Shown: in pieces, positions 39,744 to 52,000 of the stretch | Layout: each line of letters begins with the position of its first letter | How positions within the stretch are numbered: the stretch's first letter is position 1 | NCBI GenBank assembly: GCA_039545335.1 | Contig: BCIN01000004.1 | Span: forward strand, 1,354,925 to 1,418,924 | Direction of reading: 5' to 3' | DNA from: Kondoa subrosea | Lineage: Eukaryota | DNA length: 64,000 nucleotides | The notes under the pieces: generated by a model | The model's database searches: none | Seen by the model: only the letters and a program-made list of their open reading frames with translations | What the model was told of the DNA's origin: nothing | Made by a program: the position numbers and the translations under genes

Positions 39744-40956
39744 ATGAGTTCAGTTGTAAGCTGACTTCGTTTGACTCTGCTGCTCGTGTCATTGACGTTC
39801 GTGCTTTTCAGCAACAGCGGTCTGGCTATTATCTAGGTCATGCTTGGCATCTCGATGCTGATGGGAAGGTCTGCTATGTCGTCGATGGGGTAAGTACCTA
39901 TACTGTCGTACGTCTTCTGCTGCGTACTGTATGATGGACTCCAAGAAAGCTGCACAGCCTACTCATCAAGCGATCCAGATGAATCATGCTCCACCCTCTC
40001 ATTACAGTGCAGTAAGCTGACCCTACTGATTCATTCTTCCTTTCGTGCTAAGGCCATGTAGGGCAACGCCGGCCCGGCCTACCCCGTACATCATCAGCAG
40101 CAGCAGCAGCACGTCTCTATAGCAGCTCCAGAGGTGAGCTTATCCGTTGCGTTAGAAGCGATATACCTGACTACGTAACAACAGATAGCTTACTCTACCA
40201 AATATGTGAGTCACCAGCCATCTGCGACCGTGCGTTCAAGTAGTTCGCTTCTAATCGGTCATAATCTGCAGGGCACGACTAAAGAGATTGTCTCGGCTGT
40301 GAGTAGCTAGCTACATAATCAGCTATTATAGAAATTTACCTCACCGCCAAGGCGAGCAAATTGGGCATCACTTGGTTCTGTGGTAATTGCAACCAGACCA
40401 TGCCTGTAAGCTCTGCAAATAACAAGCAGCGTCACCCCTGTGGTGCAGGCGACTGGGGCAATGGAAATTTCAGCACTGGGATCTTTATGCGCGACGGCAA
40501 GATGACGACAATTGATGCATTTTGCGGGCCTACTGCAGTAAATCACCATCGTTCCTTTGCGTTCAACGGATGCTCAATTGCCTCAATCCAGCATTTAGTT
40601 AACCGAAAGGTCAGTTGTTGAAGACTGCGCATCTTTGTACGGCATTCAACTCACTGGAATCATTGCAGGCTCCTACCGTTGGTCTATTGTTCCGTCAGGT
40701 ATATACATCCCGCCCACCTGTAGGATCCGGCAGTCTTTAACACAGTCCGGTAGGCAGGAGAGCAGAATCTTCGCTATGTCTGCGCTTCTTGTGGATCGGA
40801 CTTGCATCCCAGTTCCTATAGGTATCATACACACAAACCCACTATAACGCCAAATGGTCAGATTGGTGGAGGCACCTTTTACGAGAATCGCGATATTCAG
40901 CGGGTGCTCTGGGTATGGGATAATGAAGCCTGCGTATTCTACCGCTCAGCACAATG
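39744..40956 (+). CDS. Orphan micro-exon gene with a polyQ tract and two CxxC...H zinc-finger-like motifs
   Basis: About nine exons joined by GT..AG introns: MSSV|QQRSGYYLGHAWHLDADGKVCYVVDG|...|GNAGPAYPVHHQQQQQHVSIAAPE|IAYSTKY|...|...WFCGNCNQTMPVSSANNKQRHPC...|APTVGLLFRQ|AGEQNLRYVCASCGSDLHPSSYRYHTH...FYRSAQ-TGA. The phase of one micro-exon junction is unresolved. Confidence 0.65.
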
Positions 40957-41650
40957 ATGAGCAGTAGCAGTCCCCGAAAGCAGTCAGTATTGCCTTTTTG
41001 CAAGATTCTGATGATCCTGACGCCTCTTCAAGTACCCAGCAGATTTCTTTTGTATCACCTTGTACTTCATTTATGCTTTGATTACCACAATCCTCTTCTT
41101 TTACCCAGAGTGCTTTACTGGCTGTCGTACATCACGCCGATCCTGTATTTGACTGGCGTCGTACCAGCTTGTTGGTGCGCCTCGACGCGTTCTGACAAGA
41201 GAACTTGTAACGTAGTTACTGGCTTAGCGAGCAGCGAAGCTAATCGAAAATCTGCTAATCTTGTAAACCTATATTGCTCTGTGCTGCCTTGTATATCGGA
41301 AGGCATACTGTATAAGGTCAGCCAGCCAAAAGAAGTTGAAGCTCAAGCTTGGGTGGAAGTATCACTTAAGCATCATCATTTTCTCACATCTTGCTGGGAT
41401 AGCCTCGAGCAGGAGTTGAGCATGTAGCTATCGGTAGCTCGAGAATCGTGATACCGCTAATGAGATACAATTGCTTCTACCTGCTGTGGGTGAAAGACAC
41501 CGACATCGAAGATCTGTGCGATGGCGTTACCCGCAGCTGTAGACAGTTTGGTTGAGAAGACTGCACCTGCTTTGTAAAATTCTAGCGGATATACTAAACA
41601 CGATCTAGCAGCGCGCATATTAGCATACAGGATCTTAAGAAACAAAACGA

Positions 41651-42723
41651 TCATAGTCCAGCATTCATCTTTCGCTTCGCAGCTTCACAACCCATGAAAG
41701 AACAGATCTCTTTGACGATTTGAACCATTTCTTTCTCTGAATGAGCAGCCTTGACCCATTCAGTAGGATCATCGGGTAAGATCGTGTCTTTGTTGGATCC
41801 TGGTACTTGGTCTGGATCAGGGTGATGCACGAATAGGCTGGGTCTGCTGAAAGTTTTGCCATACTCCAAATTAGCTTTCAGGGAGTTTGCTTGAATGAAG
41901 GCACACTAAGGAAAAGTGCGAGCCTTAGACATAGTGGACATCGATGTGTCTACTCACAGTATAGCCTGAGTTGATATCTGGGTTGATTTGTACATGCTGG
42001 CAGAGGAGAGGTCATTAGTATATTTCGACTCATACTTTGTATCTCAAAGACGCGCCTGATGTCCTTTGGCGTTCAGACTGTTCAATAAAGCCTTCACGTC
42101 AACATCGGTCTGCCAATAGTCGACTTCGCCTGACAGCCCTCGACCGCCCTTGACTGTTCGAAAATCAGGGCGATATCAAATAGGCTGTCATAGCATGCCT
42201 GACCTTCAGGAGCGAATTGATGATCATTATCCGCGTAGTCGTAGCCCTTTTCACAGAATCAGCTATAGTATGTATCTTTCAAACGAGGCAAATGACTTAC
42301 AATCCTCTTAGCCCTCTCCTCAAGCCGTATATAGTTTACTCCTGGCCGCGCACCGAGATGCACGAATGCGTCGAAGCTGTACGAATGAGTTTGCTGACCA
42401 GGTGTAGCAGCACGAGACCTACAGATTTGATTTGTGCAGTTCTGGCATTTGAATAGCGATGTCGTTCCAATTGCACAAGAAGGTCGACACAAAGCTGCGT
42501 GACACTTCAGTTGTACATCTACTGCAGAGGTCAAAGCATGAACATACAAACGGATTTGGACTGCAACTTCCTTGCCGTCTTCGAGCTTGACAGAGGTTTC
42601 GATATTCTCGATAGCCAGATGCTGTGCCAGACGAGCGGAAGGATTAACCGGGCAAAGCGAGTAAGGGCCATTACCCGTAAGCAGGACACGAATGCGAATC
42701 GGCTCAGCGGAAGCTTGAGACAT
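41651..42723 (-). CDS. Pyroglutamyl-peptidase I-like cysteine peptidase (C15), paralog B
   Basis: IRIRVLLTGNGPYSLCPVNPS, FDAFVHLGARPGVNYIRLEERAKR, DINSGYT|CAFIQANSL and SLFVHHP. It is clearly homologous to 37426-38553. Confidence 0.82.
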
Positions 42724-43090
42724 TGGCAGAGTAGCGAAATGAGGGAGGTAAAGACAGGTCAAAGCACTTGGTATAGAAGGAGCACTGCAAAAAGTACATT
42801 ACTGTACTGCGCCACAAATACGTAGGAGTCTATCTCATGATACGTACACATTCTCACTGCTTCTGTAGAATGAAAAGATACGAGAAAGAACTTGAAGAGA
42901 CATGAAAGAGCTGAAGACGCCATGGAAACGTAATATCAAGAGAGACATATATAACGAGGAATCACACAGCCGCGCTGCTGCGCACTGAACCGGAACACTT
43001 CATACGGCCTCGACACCAAATCGAGGTTTGAGACAACAGTGGGAGCCGGCGGAGAGTGAAAACTGAAATGTCTGAAAATCGATCGGTTAC

Positions 43091-43494
43091 ATCAGCGCTC
43101 GACAGGATCGTGAGAACTGGGATATATACAACAGAGCCTTTTCTTATTTCAATTCGTGTAATTATTCGGATAAATCATGTTTTTACTTCTTCTCCCCAAC
43201 CTGGGAATCCATTACTTCTTGTTCTCTAGAGCGAATTCCAAACATCGACCCTGACCTTGTCATCATCATCTCCATCCACTTTACAGTTCATTTTTCACCG
43301 AGCGAGTGGCAGAAGCGAACTGTACGAGAGCGAAGTGAGTCAGCCTTATTGAGAAAGGTAAAAGGAGAGAGAGAGGTGTGAACATACACTCTTTGAGGCT
43401 TTGACTGAAGCAACTGAGCTTGCGCTGCTGAAAGAGCTGCTGGCTACTTTTTGAGCGGAAGAGATTGAAGAAGCCACAGTGGAATAGGCTGATT
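43091..43494 (-). repeat. Source copy of the ~410 bp inverted repeat (partner at 36929-37343)
   Basis: Direct reverse-complement match between the two segments, read by eye. Confidence 0.9.
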
Positions 43495-46400
43495 CAGCCG
43501 ATCGAGATTGGACCGAGGCAGCGCTAAACGCCGACTTGCTAATTGACGAAGCTGAAGCCGATGCTTGTTTCGAGTTGGACGGTGCAGCGCTGGAGGCACT
43601 CTTTGATGCCTTGGAGTAGGCCGAACTGGCCGAAGAACTGGCAGCCGATCTGTAACCCAAACGATATCTTAGCAAAACGAAGCCATATTGTAGTAGATTA
43701 GCGCACGCGCTACGTTCATAGACGGACGAGGCGCTCGAAAGTGAGACGCTCGCGCTTGATGAAGCCTTGCTCAAAACGCTTGATCCGCTCTTCGACAAAG
43801 AAGACAATTCCTTTTCGAGCGTAGAGTAAGCTTTAGCTCCAGCCGAGCTCAAGGACGAAGGAAGTTTGGCCAATTCGGATGAAACTGAGGATGCAGACTT
43901 GGACATTTCCACAGAAAGAGATGAAGAAGACTTTGATGCCACGGACGAAAGCGAACTTGCCGAGGCTACAGCTTGAGCCGAAAGTGACGAAGCACTAGCA
44001 GCAGCTCTGGAGCTTACGCTACTAGCCGAGGCCGACAAGCTGCTAGCCAAAGGAGTAGCTTGACCAGAGACAGATGAGGAAGCGCTTGAAGCTGACTTCG
44101 ATCCATGGTGCAAGAGAGAGCTGGCAGATCGTGAAGCAGCGGAGGCGTAACCTTCTGCACTTGCGCTAGCGCTCGACATGGTATGTTGAGCTCCATACTT
44201 GTTTTTCAATGCAGCTTCTTCACCAAGAAGAGGGTTTTGGAAGATGGCACCTTTGAGGAGATCAATAGCAGCGCGAGCCTTATCTTCAGTAACATGAACA
44301 CCGGAAGCTAAACATGCTGTCTTAGAATACCGTCACAGGTCTCAAAGATTGTTACTTACCGACCCATTCGTTGACGGAGTCGAGAAGACCTTGTAAACCG
44401 CTAGCAGTGGCAACGTCTGCAAACACTGTAAGATAATGCCTTGCTTACGCAAAATATGCTCACAGTTCTCCTTCATCAAGGTGATGAGCTCATCCCGGTT
44501 GGCAGGCAAAGAGTTCCCGCCAATACCATGGCTTCTCAACCATCCGCGAACTATAAGAAACAGAGAGTCCTTTCAGAACTAAAAGACCTTGCAGAACTCA
44601 GTGGCTTACTTCTGGCATCAGTCCAAGAGAGGTAGCTTGACGCATTTGGTTTAGCAGTGTACTTGTTCTTGAACATCTCAAACACTTCATCTTTGTTAGC
44701 TTGAGCATCCGATTTGAGGTAATTGTTGTTGATGAGCCATTCACGCATTTGTGATTCAGACCAAGTGGAATGCAAGACCGATTTCGCCTTGTAGTAATTG
44801 CCAGTCAAAGCATTTTCAAGTTCATGACGTTTCAAATCAGCCACTTCAGTCTTGGTAGCTAAATCGTTTTCAATCAAGAATTTGCGCATCTTGGAATCAG
44901 ACCAAGTGTCCCAAATGTTGTCGTTGGCAGAGTAGTAGTTTTCTCTCATCTTTTGCATGATTTCATCCTTCTTTGCAGTTGCAGGATCTTTCATGATGCC
45001 TTGCTTTTGTAACCAGGACTTGGCAAAGTTCTCATCCCAAGTAGCGTAAGCGTTATCACGAAGAGAGTCTTTTCGAGAGTTCCTCAGTTTATGCTAATGG
45101 TAGCAGTCTGATTGCTAACTCACAGTAGTTGTCAGACATCATGCTCAATAGATCATCACGTTTGGCCTGAGTTTGGGTCTTGATTAGACCTCGGCTTTCC
45201 AACCAGCGACGGAGTCTTAGCATAATGCAATCAATACAGTGTATCTTCAGATTTAAAAGTTCACCCACTGGTTGTCAGACCAAAGCTCATAGGTGGTATC
45301 TCTAGCAGAGTAGTAATTGCGAGCCATCAAGCTGTTGAGATCATCGCGAGTCTTGGCAGTGCGACCTTTGACAACACCGTGATTCTCGAGCCATTTGCGC
45401 GTGTATGAATCACTCCAAGTATCATAAATGTTATCAGCTGTATCAGTGTAGGTGCGTTTGACAGAAGAGAGCTGAAAACAACGCGATGAGACAGTCATAC
45501 AGTAAGATGTAGCCTATAAGAACTCACAAGATCTTCTTTCTTGGCTTGAGCAGGAGTGTTGACAACACCCTTTGATTCTAGATATCTTCTGAGTTCTCCC
45601 TCGGACTATCCAAATTTAGTCAGTTGGAACATTTAGTAGACACATCGCATGAACTCACCCAGGTAGAAAAGATGTAATCTTTGGTGTCTTCCATCTTGGC
45701 AGCGGCGTAATCGTAAGCCATCTTAGGTCCATCAGTAGTTGCATGCCAAGCAGCGCTCATTGAATCAGTAACGGTGGCAGATGCTTGAGAAGCAGCACTA
45801 GAAACTGAAGCGGTGGCTTGAGAACCAAGAGAAGAAGCAGAAGAGGCGAAGCCGTTTGCGAGAACGATGAGTTCTTCTCTCTTGGAAGAAGGAGAAACGA
45901 CACCCTTCTTCAAAAGGTAAGAACGAAGTTGACTGTCAGTCCAGGAGTCGACTGGGCCTTTATAGTCAGAGTTGTCGAAAGCATGTTGCGCTTGGTTCGC
46001 TTTGGCAGTTGCGTAAACTCTGGCAGAATCCCAGTTGGCCTTGACTTGATCCACTAGTTCTTCGCGAGTAGATTTTGGCTTGGGTGCCAAACCGTGTTGC
46101 ACTAGCCAGCCGTGAAGATCGGTCTGCTCGAATGATCAGAACACCGCTCATGTCAAACAATGATGACTAACCTCGCTCCAGTTTTCGTAGGCCTCGTCGT
46201 AGTGACGGCGAATAGCTGAAAGATAGCTTTCGCGAGAGCTTGGAGTAGGAGTAGGAACGAGAGAGTTTGAAGAGAGCCATGAAGAGATATCTGAATCTTT
46301 CCATGTGTTGTAGCTATAATGGACGAGTCAGCATGTTGTATGATGTCCGCAATATTTTGCAGACGCACGCAGAGTCATAGTTTTGGGCGACCAAATCACG

Positions 46401-46703
46401 AAGCTGGTCGGTGTTCAATCGCGCAGGATTCGGCACTTTGTGGTCAGTGAGCCATTTCTCGAGTTGAGCGTCTGTCCAGTCGCGGTATGCAGGGACTACG
46501 TGAAGCATATGAGCTACGTTCAGAAGACTAGAGTATCGAGCAGGCAAAGTGAAAAGCCTCGCATGACACATTGTACACGTCGAGGCTTTCCAGTATTTAG
46601 CCTTCATCGACTTTGAGAGCTCACCGTTGTTGCCTCCGAAGAGCTTGGCCTGGTTGCCGGCGATAGCAAATGCCAGCAAGAGAGTAGAAATGGAGATTCT
46701 CAT
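43281..46703 (-). CDS. Ish1/Msc1-family stress-responsive ER/nuclear-envelope lumenal repeat protein
   Basis: Signal peptide MRISISTLLLAFAIAGNQA; many repeats of W(T/S)D(S/A)QL..WL..(H/K)G (e.g. WTDAQLEKWL, WTDSQLRSYL, WSDSYTRKWL, WSESQMREWL); Ser/Ala-rich tail; C-terminal KNEL, a KDEL-like ER retention signal. Confidence 0.85.
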
Positions 46704-46873
46704 GATTCAAAAGAAAATTCGTTGAAGGTTGGCGTGCGTTGGTATACTGTGATAGATGACCGTAATCAGCCCAGAGCCTGTGTATGTGCACATGAGCGGC
46801 TGACTGACTTTCAACGTTGCACGGTTTAGGACAAGCAACGCCAGAATTTCAGAAGTCGGTCTTTCGCATCAAC

Positions 46874-46880
46874 ACGTCAT
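46874..46880 (-). promoter_or_regulatory. ATGACGT (CRE/M26-type Atf1-Pcr1 site) about 170 bp upstream of the Ish1-like ATG
   Basis: Exact heptamer on the minus strand within the Ish1/DUF1295 divergent promoter. A 7-mer can occur by chance. Confidence 0.3.
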
Positions 46881-47118
46881 CGATTTTTATAAGGAGCGCC
46901 GTTCTTCCCGCTGTATCCCTTGTCCCGCAGCGATCTCCTCGCAGGTGTGCAGCAGCCAGTACCTGCTCTGCCAATTGTCCTCTTGAGCATTCGGTCAATT
47001 CCATCGGTGTTCAAGTTTTGTCACTTGGCAACAATTTCTGGTCGACACTCTTTCTCCCTCTCATCGACTGTTACCTCCTGTACACTTTGCGATTGTCTTC
47101 TTCGGTCGATTAATCTCA

Positions 47119-48620
47119 ATGGGTGTCCCAATCACTATCGATGGGTTTGTCCTCACTTTACGTTTAAACACCGAATCTTAACATTTTTGGATTTAGCTGG
47201 TTCCTAACTCTAGCTTTCTTGATCTCTCTGGGAATACAAGGAGGTGAGTACTGAGCACTCTGTATTTGATCGATTTGTCTAATCTGCCTTGCATTCAGCC
47301 GGATTCGCAATAGTAAGTTTGGCATGCATCATGCTGAACATAGACTCACGTAATTGCAGGCTTACACATTGCAATTCGACAAGATCACTGATTTCTCTGG
47401 CTCATTGAACTTCTTCACCATCGCAATAACGACTTTACTTATACATTGCGCTTGGGAACCACATTACTTTTATGCGAGAAATGTTCTTGCCTCGGTCTTT
47501 CTGGTCAGTCCACCAAGTCACAGAAAGGAGATGAAACTGAAGAGGATATATGCAGATGCTTTGGGCTGCTAGACTTGGTGGTTTCTTGCTCTTCCGTGTT
47601 CTCAAGACTGGATCGGATTCAAGATTTGATGAAATGAGATCTCATTTCTTCCAATTTGCTGGTTTCTGGGTCTTCCAAGTACGTCCCTCGACTCTATCAA
47701 AACATCCTTGTATTAGCTGAACCTTCATTGATTAGCTCGCTTGGTGTTGGACTGTTTCACTACCAGTAACATTCATTAATTCGCCTTATATCTCTGCACC
47801 TGAATATGGAGGAGGCAACGCATCTTTCGGTTCAGCTTCGGATATTATTGGCATCATTTTCTTTGTCGTTGGATTCCTGGCGGAAGCGATTAGCGACACA
47901 CAGAAATATCGTTTCAAGTCCAATAAACCACCCAAAGAAGAAGTTAATAACAAAGGTCTGTGGGGATGGAGTCGTCATCCAAATTACTGGGGTGAAATAG
48001 TGGTATGTTGCAATTCGTCTATTCATTTTGAATTATCTGACTACTCGATACAGCTCCATTGGGGAATTTGGCTTGTGAGAAAATGCTCATGTGTGATCTA
48101 CCTGCTCATGCTGAAATATGTTTTAGCTGACTATTCAACCCGCTTTCACAAACCGCGTCTCCAACCGAGCACAATCAGCTCTTCTAGCAGGCGTTGTTGG
48201 GCCACTATTCATTACTTTATTGCTCTTCTTCGTCAGTGGTCTACCAACAGCTGAAAAACCAGTTCAGAAGCGCTATTACCTACTCGAGAATGGACCCAAA
48301 TCAGTTGATGGTCGTCCTTGGGCTAATTATCAGGTTTGTTTCAGAACTTCATGAAAAATGAAAATCGATACTGAGATCAGGCATAACAGGAATATCTGAA
48401 CAGCACATCTATCTTTTGGCCTATTCCTCCTGCTATCTACAGACCTTTGCCAAGTTGGATGAAGAAGACTATTCTGCTCGATTTCCCAATGTTCCAATTC
48501 AATGTAGAGAAGGAAGGAAGCAAAGCGATAGAAGAAGAGTTAGTCGTTTTTACCCCTTTTTAACTTGTATGCTCCCTAGCTGACTAGTGGGAGTGTAGGA
48601 GGAAGAAGAACCAATCTTGA
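47119..48620 (+). CDS. DUF1295 family membrane protein (steroid 5-alpha-reductase-like)
   Basis: LQFDKITDFSGSLNFF, RLGGFLLFRVLKTGSDSRFDEMR, FWVFQLAWCWTVSLPV, EAISDTQKYRFK, GLWGWSRHPNYWGE, LLFVSGLPTAEK and EYLNSTSIFWP. Confidence 0.9.
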
Positions 48621-49022
48621 AGCATTTAGTTTCAACCGAAGTGCTCGGTGGACATTCGTTCTCGGTGGACATTCAATTATCAATCAATATATAGACTAAT
48701 CCGTTTTTATCGCTGTAGTATATTTGTACATAGCTGCACTCAACTAATTGCACACACATTCTGTTGTTAGACCAACCTAATCCGACATACAGAGGAGGCT
48801 GAATTCATGCCGCTTCGGATTCGCGACCTGCTTTGTAAGGCTTAGCATAAATTCAATTGCGAAATCTTGCAGAGAAGCAGCGATACCCTAGGAAATTATA
48901 TCTCGCTACATCCTGGACGCGATACCACGGCGAAAGACTCAGCTTGACTTGGCATGCCTTGTTGATTCCGAACTTGATAATTGCGAGTTTTCGGTGTAGC
49001 TATCGGAAGGAGGTGGTGAAGA

Positions 49023-52000
49023 ATGGACTCCTTGCTACTGGACTACCTTCGGATCTCGCCTGAGCCTCACATCGTTCTATCAAAAGATCACGCACCTGGT
49101 CTTCCGCATAATCAATGGAAGAACGATGCAGCTCAAACTGTCATTTTCACGCATATAGATCTCAAGCGAATCTCTCGAGCATTCGATAAAGAAGAACAGC
49201 AGCATTGTGAAATCTCACTTAGTCCCGGAACATTTAAAGCTGTTCGCATATCGACGATAATTGTTCTCAGACTGGTCGAAACTTTCGAATCCCTTGATGT
49301 CATCTTACGACGTTCGCCGGAATTGTATACTATGGGAGAACTGGTTTTGGCTCATGATTGGTCCAAGACTCGATTTGGTGATATAAGAGGTTGGAGCAAA
49401 CCTTTGCGAGATGCTTGTTTGCAATGCTTGAATTCGCAATGGAGCGTCTGCTTATGGATCCGGTTCGCTATACTGGCACATTGAGGAGTGAAGTATCTGC
49501 TGATATTCGAGACGATAGTCCTCCGCCAAACTTCTTGCGAGATCCAGATGAGGAAGAAGCTTTAGAGGTAGAAGCGCCTGTGGATAGCTACTATCATTTT
49601 TACAACAACGCATACAGAGTCAGTCCATCTGTTGTGTGTGATTGCCGACAGTAGCTAACGCAGCAAACAGCAAATTCTTGGAACTCATCATCCCGCTCTA
49701 GGCGAGAACGTTCATTCGATATGGGGCGAACCATGGCGAGACGCAGTGCATCCTATTGTCGAAAAGGTAGGTTTCCGATCTGCCCTTTATAATGCAACTC
49801 ATGCCTATGAAATCAGATCGTTGAGACTGGCGACTCAACCCTTATGCCTACCGCGACATTCAGTGATTCAAATTGTCAAATCACATAACACATCTTACTG
49901 ATTACGGTTCTAGTTATTGAAGGCCAGAGAGAAAAAGGCCGCAAATCAGAGCTCATCATCGATTGGCACTCATCTCCTATTGTAGATGGTAACGTGTAAG
50001 TTATTTCCCTCAAGTCTTTGAACTTCGAGCTGATCCAAATCGAAGTGTTCCTTTTGGTGGTATGCTTCAGCGAACGGGTTTGGCCCAACATTTTCTGATC
50101 TCCAGTGACAGTCTTTGCGAATTGTATCGATGTGACAGCTCGGGAATTGGCGAAAAGGCGACTCGAATGCTCTCAAAAGCTCACCGAGGGGCTTTCTGTT
50201 GCAGAATCAGTAGAAGATGTCTTTCAGATATCGACTGAGGCTCTGAAAAGTCTGCCGATCGATCTTCCTGTATGTCGGTTGAGCAGATCTACGAAGAGCT
50301 AATTGAGATCTCATGATCTGACAGATGGTTATGCTGTATCATTGCGTCGATCTTTGTGACAAGAGCCTACCCGAGACAATCAAACAAGAGCGGTTGGTCC
50401 GATTAGATCTACGCGGTCGGATAGGCATACCGGCGGATCATCCGTGTGCAGCTCAAAGCATGACCATAGAGTGAGTGATACTGCGAGACTGGCTGACGAT
50501 AGCTGATCTCCATCAAGTCTTGATGCAGAAGCCTCTTCCCGAGTACAAGGACCATGGGACTTCCAGACAGCACTCTCTGAGAGTACTTTGCAAACGATTC
50601 AACACGATCCTCAGTCGTCTGGAACTGCAACAAGCTTTTTGGACGGTGTCAGAGACGGGTGGGGAGACGAAGTGTCCACTACTGTCCTTCTTTCGCAATC
50701 TCAATCGAATCAAAGTCAACCAGCCAGCATAATTTTGGTATGCGCAATAAATACTCGAACCGATTTCGATTTGGCATATCAAGCTTTCCTTATCAACACC
50801 CTTCATCAGATACAATCTGCGATACTAGTAGCTGAGCAGCGAGCGATACAGAGAAGGTGCAAAATAGACCTGCCAGTGTTTGCACGAAGTCTGACCTCGC
50901 TATTCAGGCTAATGTGTTTGATCGACAACTCTCCACTCGGCATGTTGGAATGGGACGCGGATCAAGTTGTCTACACAAATTCCAGATGGCGCGAGATGAG
51001 TGGAGTGTATCACAAAGTCCCAATTCCTGTTCCTACCATCATGTCCTACTTCAATCCTGATGACCTTGATATTGTCAATAAAAAAGTGGCAGAGTCTAAG
51101 GAACAAGAGTCTTGGTCAAGCTCTAAAGATCCTATGCCAATCGGTGGGTTTTGTTGTATTACAACGCATCGATTCTGACACTGCGCTGCATTAGAGTTCA
51201 GATACTCTAATGATCGATGGTGCCAGTCCATCACATTTCCCGCCCCTGACCAACGAGCACTATCCATTGTCACTGATATAACGTCACAAAAGGCGGATGC
51301 TGCCAAGCTCATTGAAATCGAGAGGAAACGAGCGGATCAAAATGAAGTTGCTAGGCGAGACCAAGAAGCCTTTTCAGCCACAGTAAGAGCTCTTGAACTA
51401 AGCTTTTATCTTTGTACTCATTATATTTAAAGATCAACCACGAAATCAGGAATCCTATATCAGCGGTGCTCCAAGGCTCTCAAATTCTTTCAAGTTGTAT
51501 CGAAGCTCTGAACAACATTCGGAAAGATTTGCTTGTGACCGCAGACTCGCTTCTGGCTTTGAAGTTGCAAAAGATGGCAGTGGAGATCAATGAAATGGTA
51601 GAAACTACTGAATCTATAGTGCGGACTTGCTTCAGGCCAAGCAAGGGACTAGTATCTCACCTCTGACGCTAGTCGCTGGCTGCTCATCACCAGGGAGTCA
51701 TCGCATCCGAAATGTCAGTTGCACAACAATTGCCTTCTAACGCACAAAGCTGACTTTGCGTTCATGCAGCCTGGCAACGAGCAAATTACAAAACGGTCTT
51801 CTGAGACTAGCACCCACTGTCTTCCGGCCCGTCGGCGAATTCGAGTCAGTTCAGCTATATGGTCAAGCGTCTACTCACCTATTCCTTTAGTAACATTGTC
51901 AAGCTGTATTCAGTTCAGGCTAAAGCTTCGTCAATCAGGCTTAAAATCGTATATCAATCTGGCATTCGAGAGCAGACACAGGTTCTAGGTGATGCTGTGC

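Noticed and set aside
41115..41654. Minus-strand ORFs directly downstream of peptidase B
   Set aside because: Short, with no motif and no reliable splice model.
43346..44209. Ser/Ala-rich ORF as a stand-alone adhesin or repeat element
   Set aside because: It is the C-terminal low-complexity exon of the Ish1-like gene.
48644..48674. 14 bp tandem duplication ctcggtggacattc in the DUF1295 3' UTR
   Set aside because: A simple slippage duplication with only two copies; not an array or a target-site duplication around an element.
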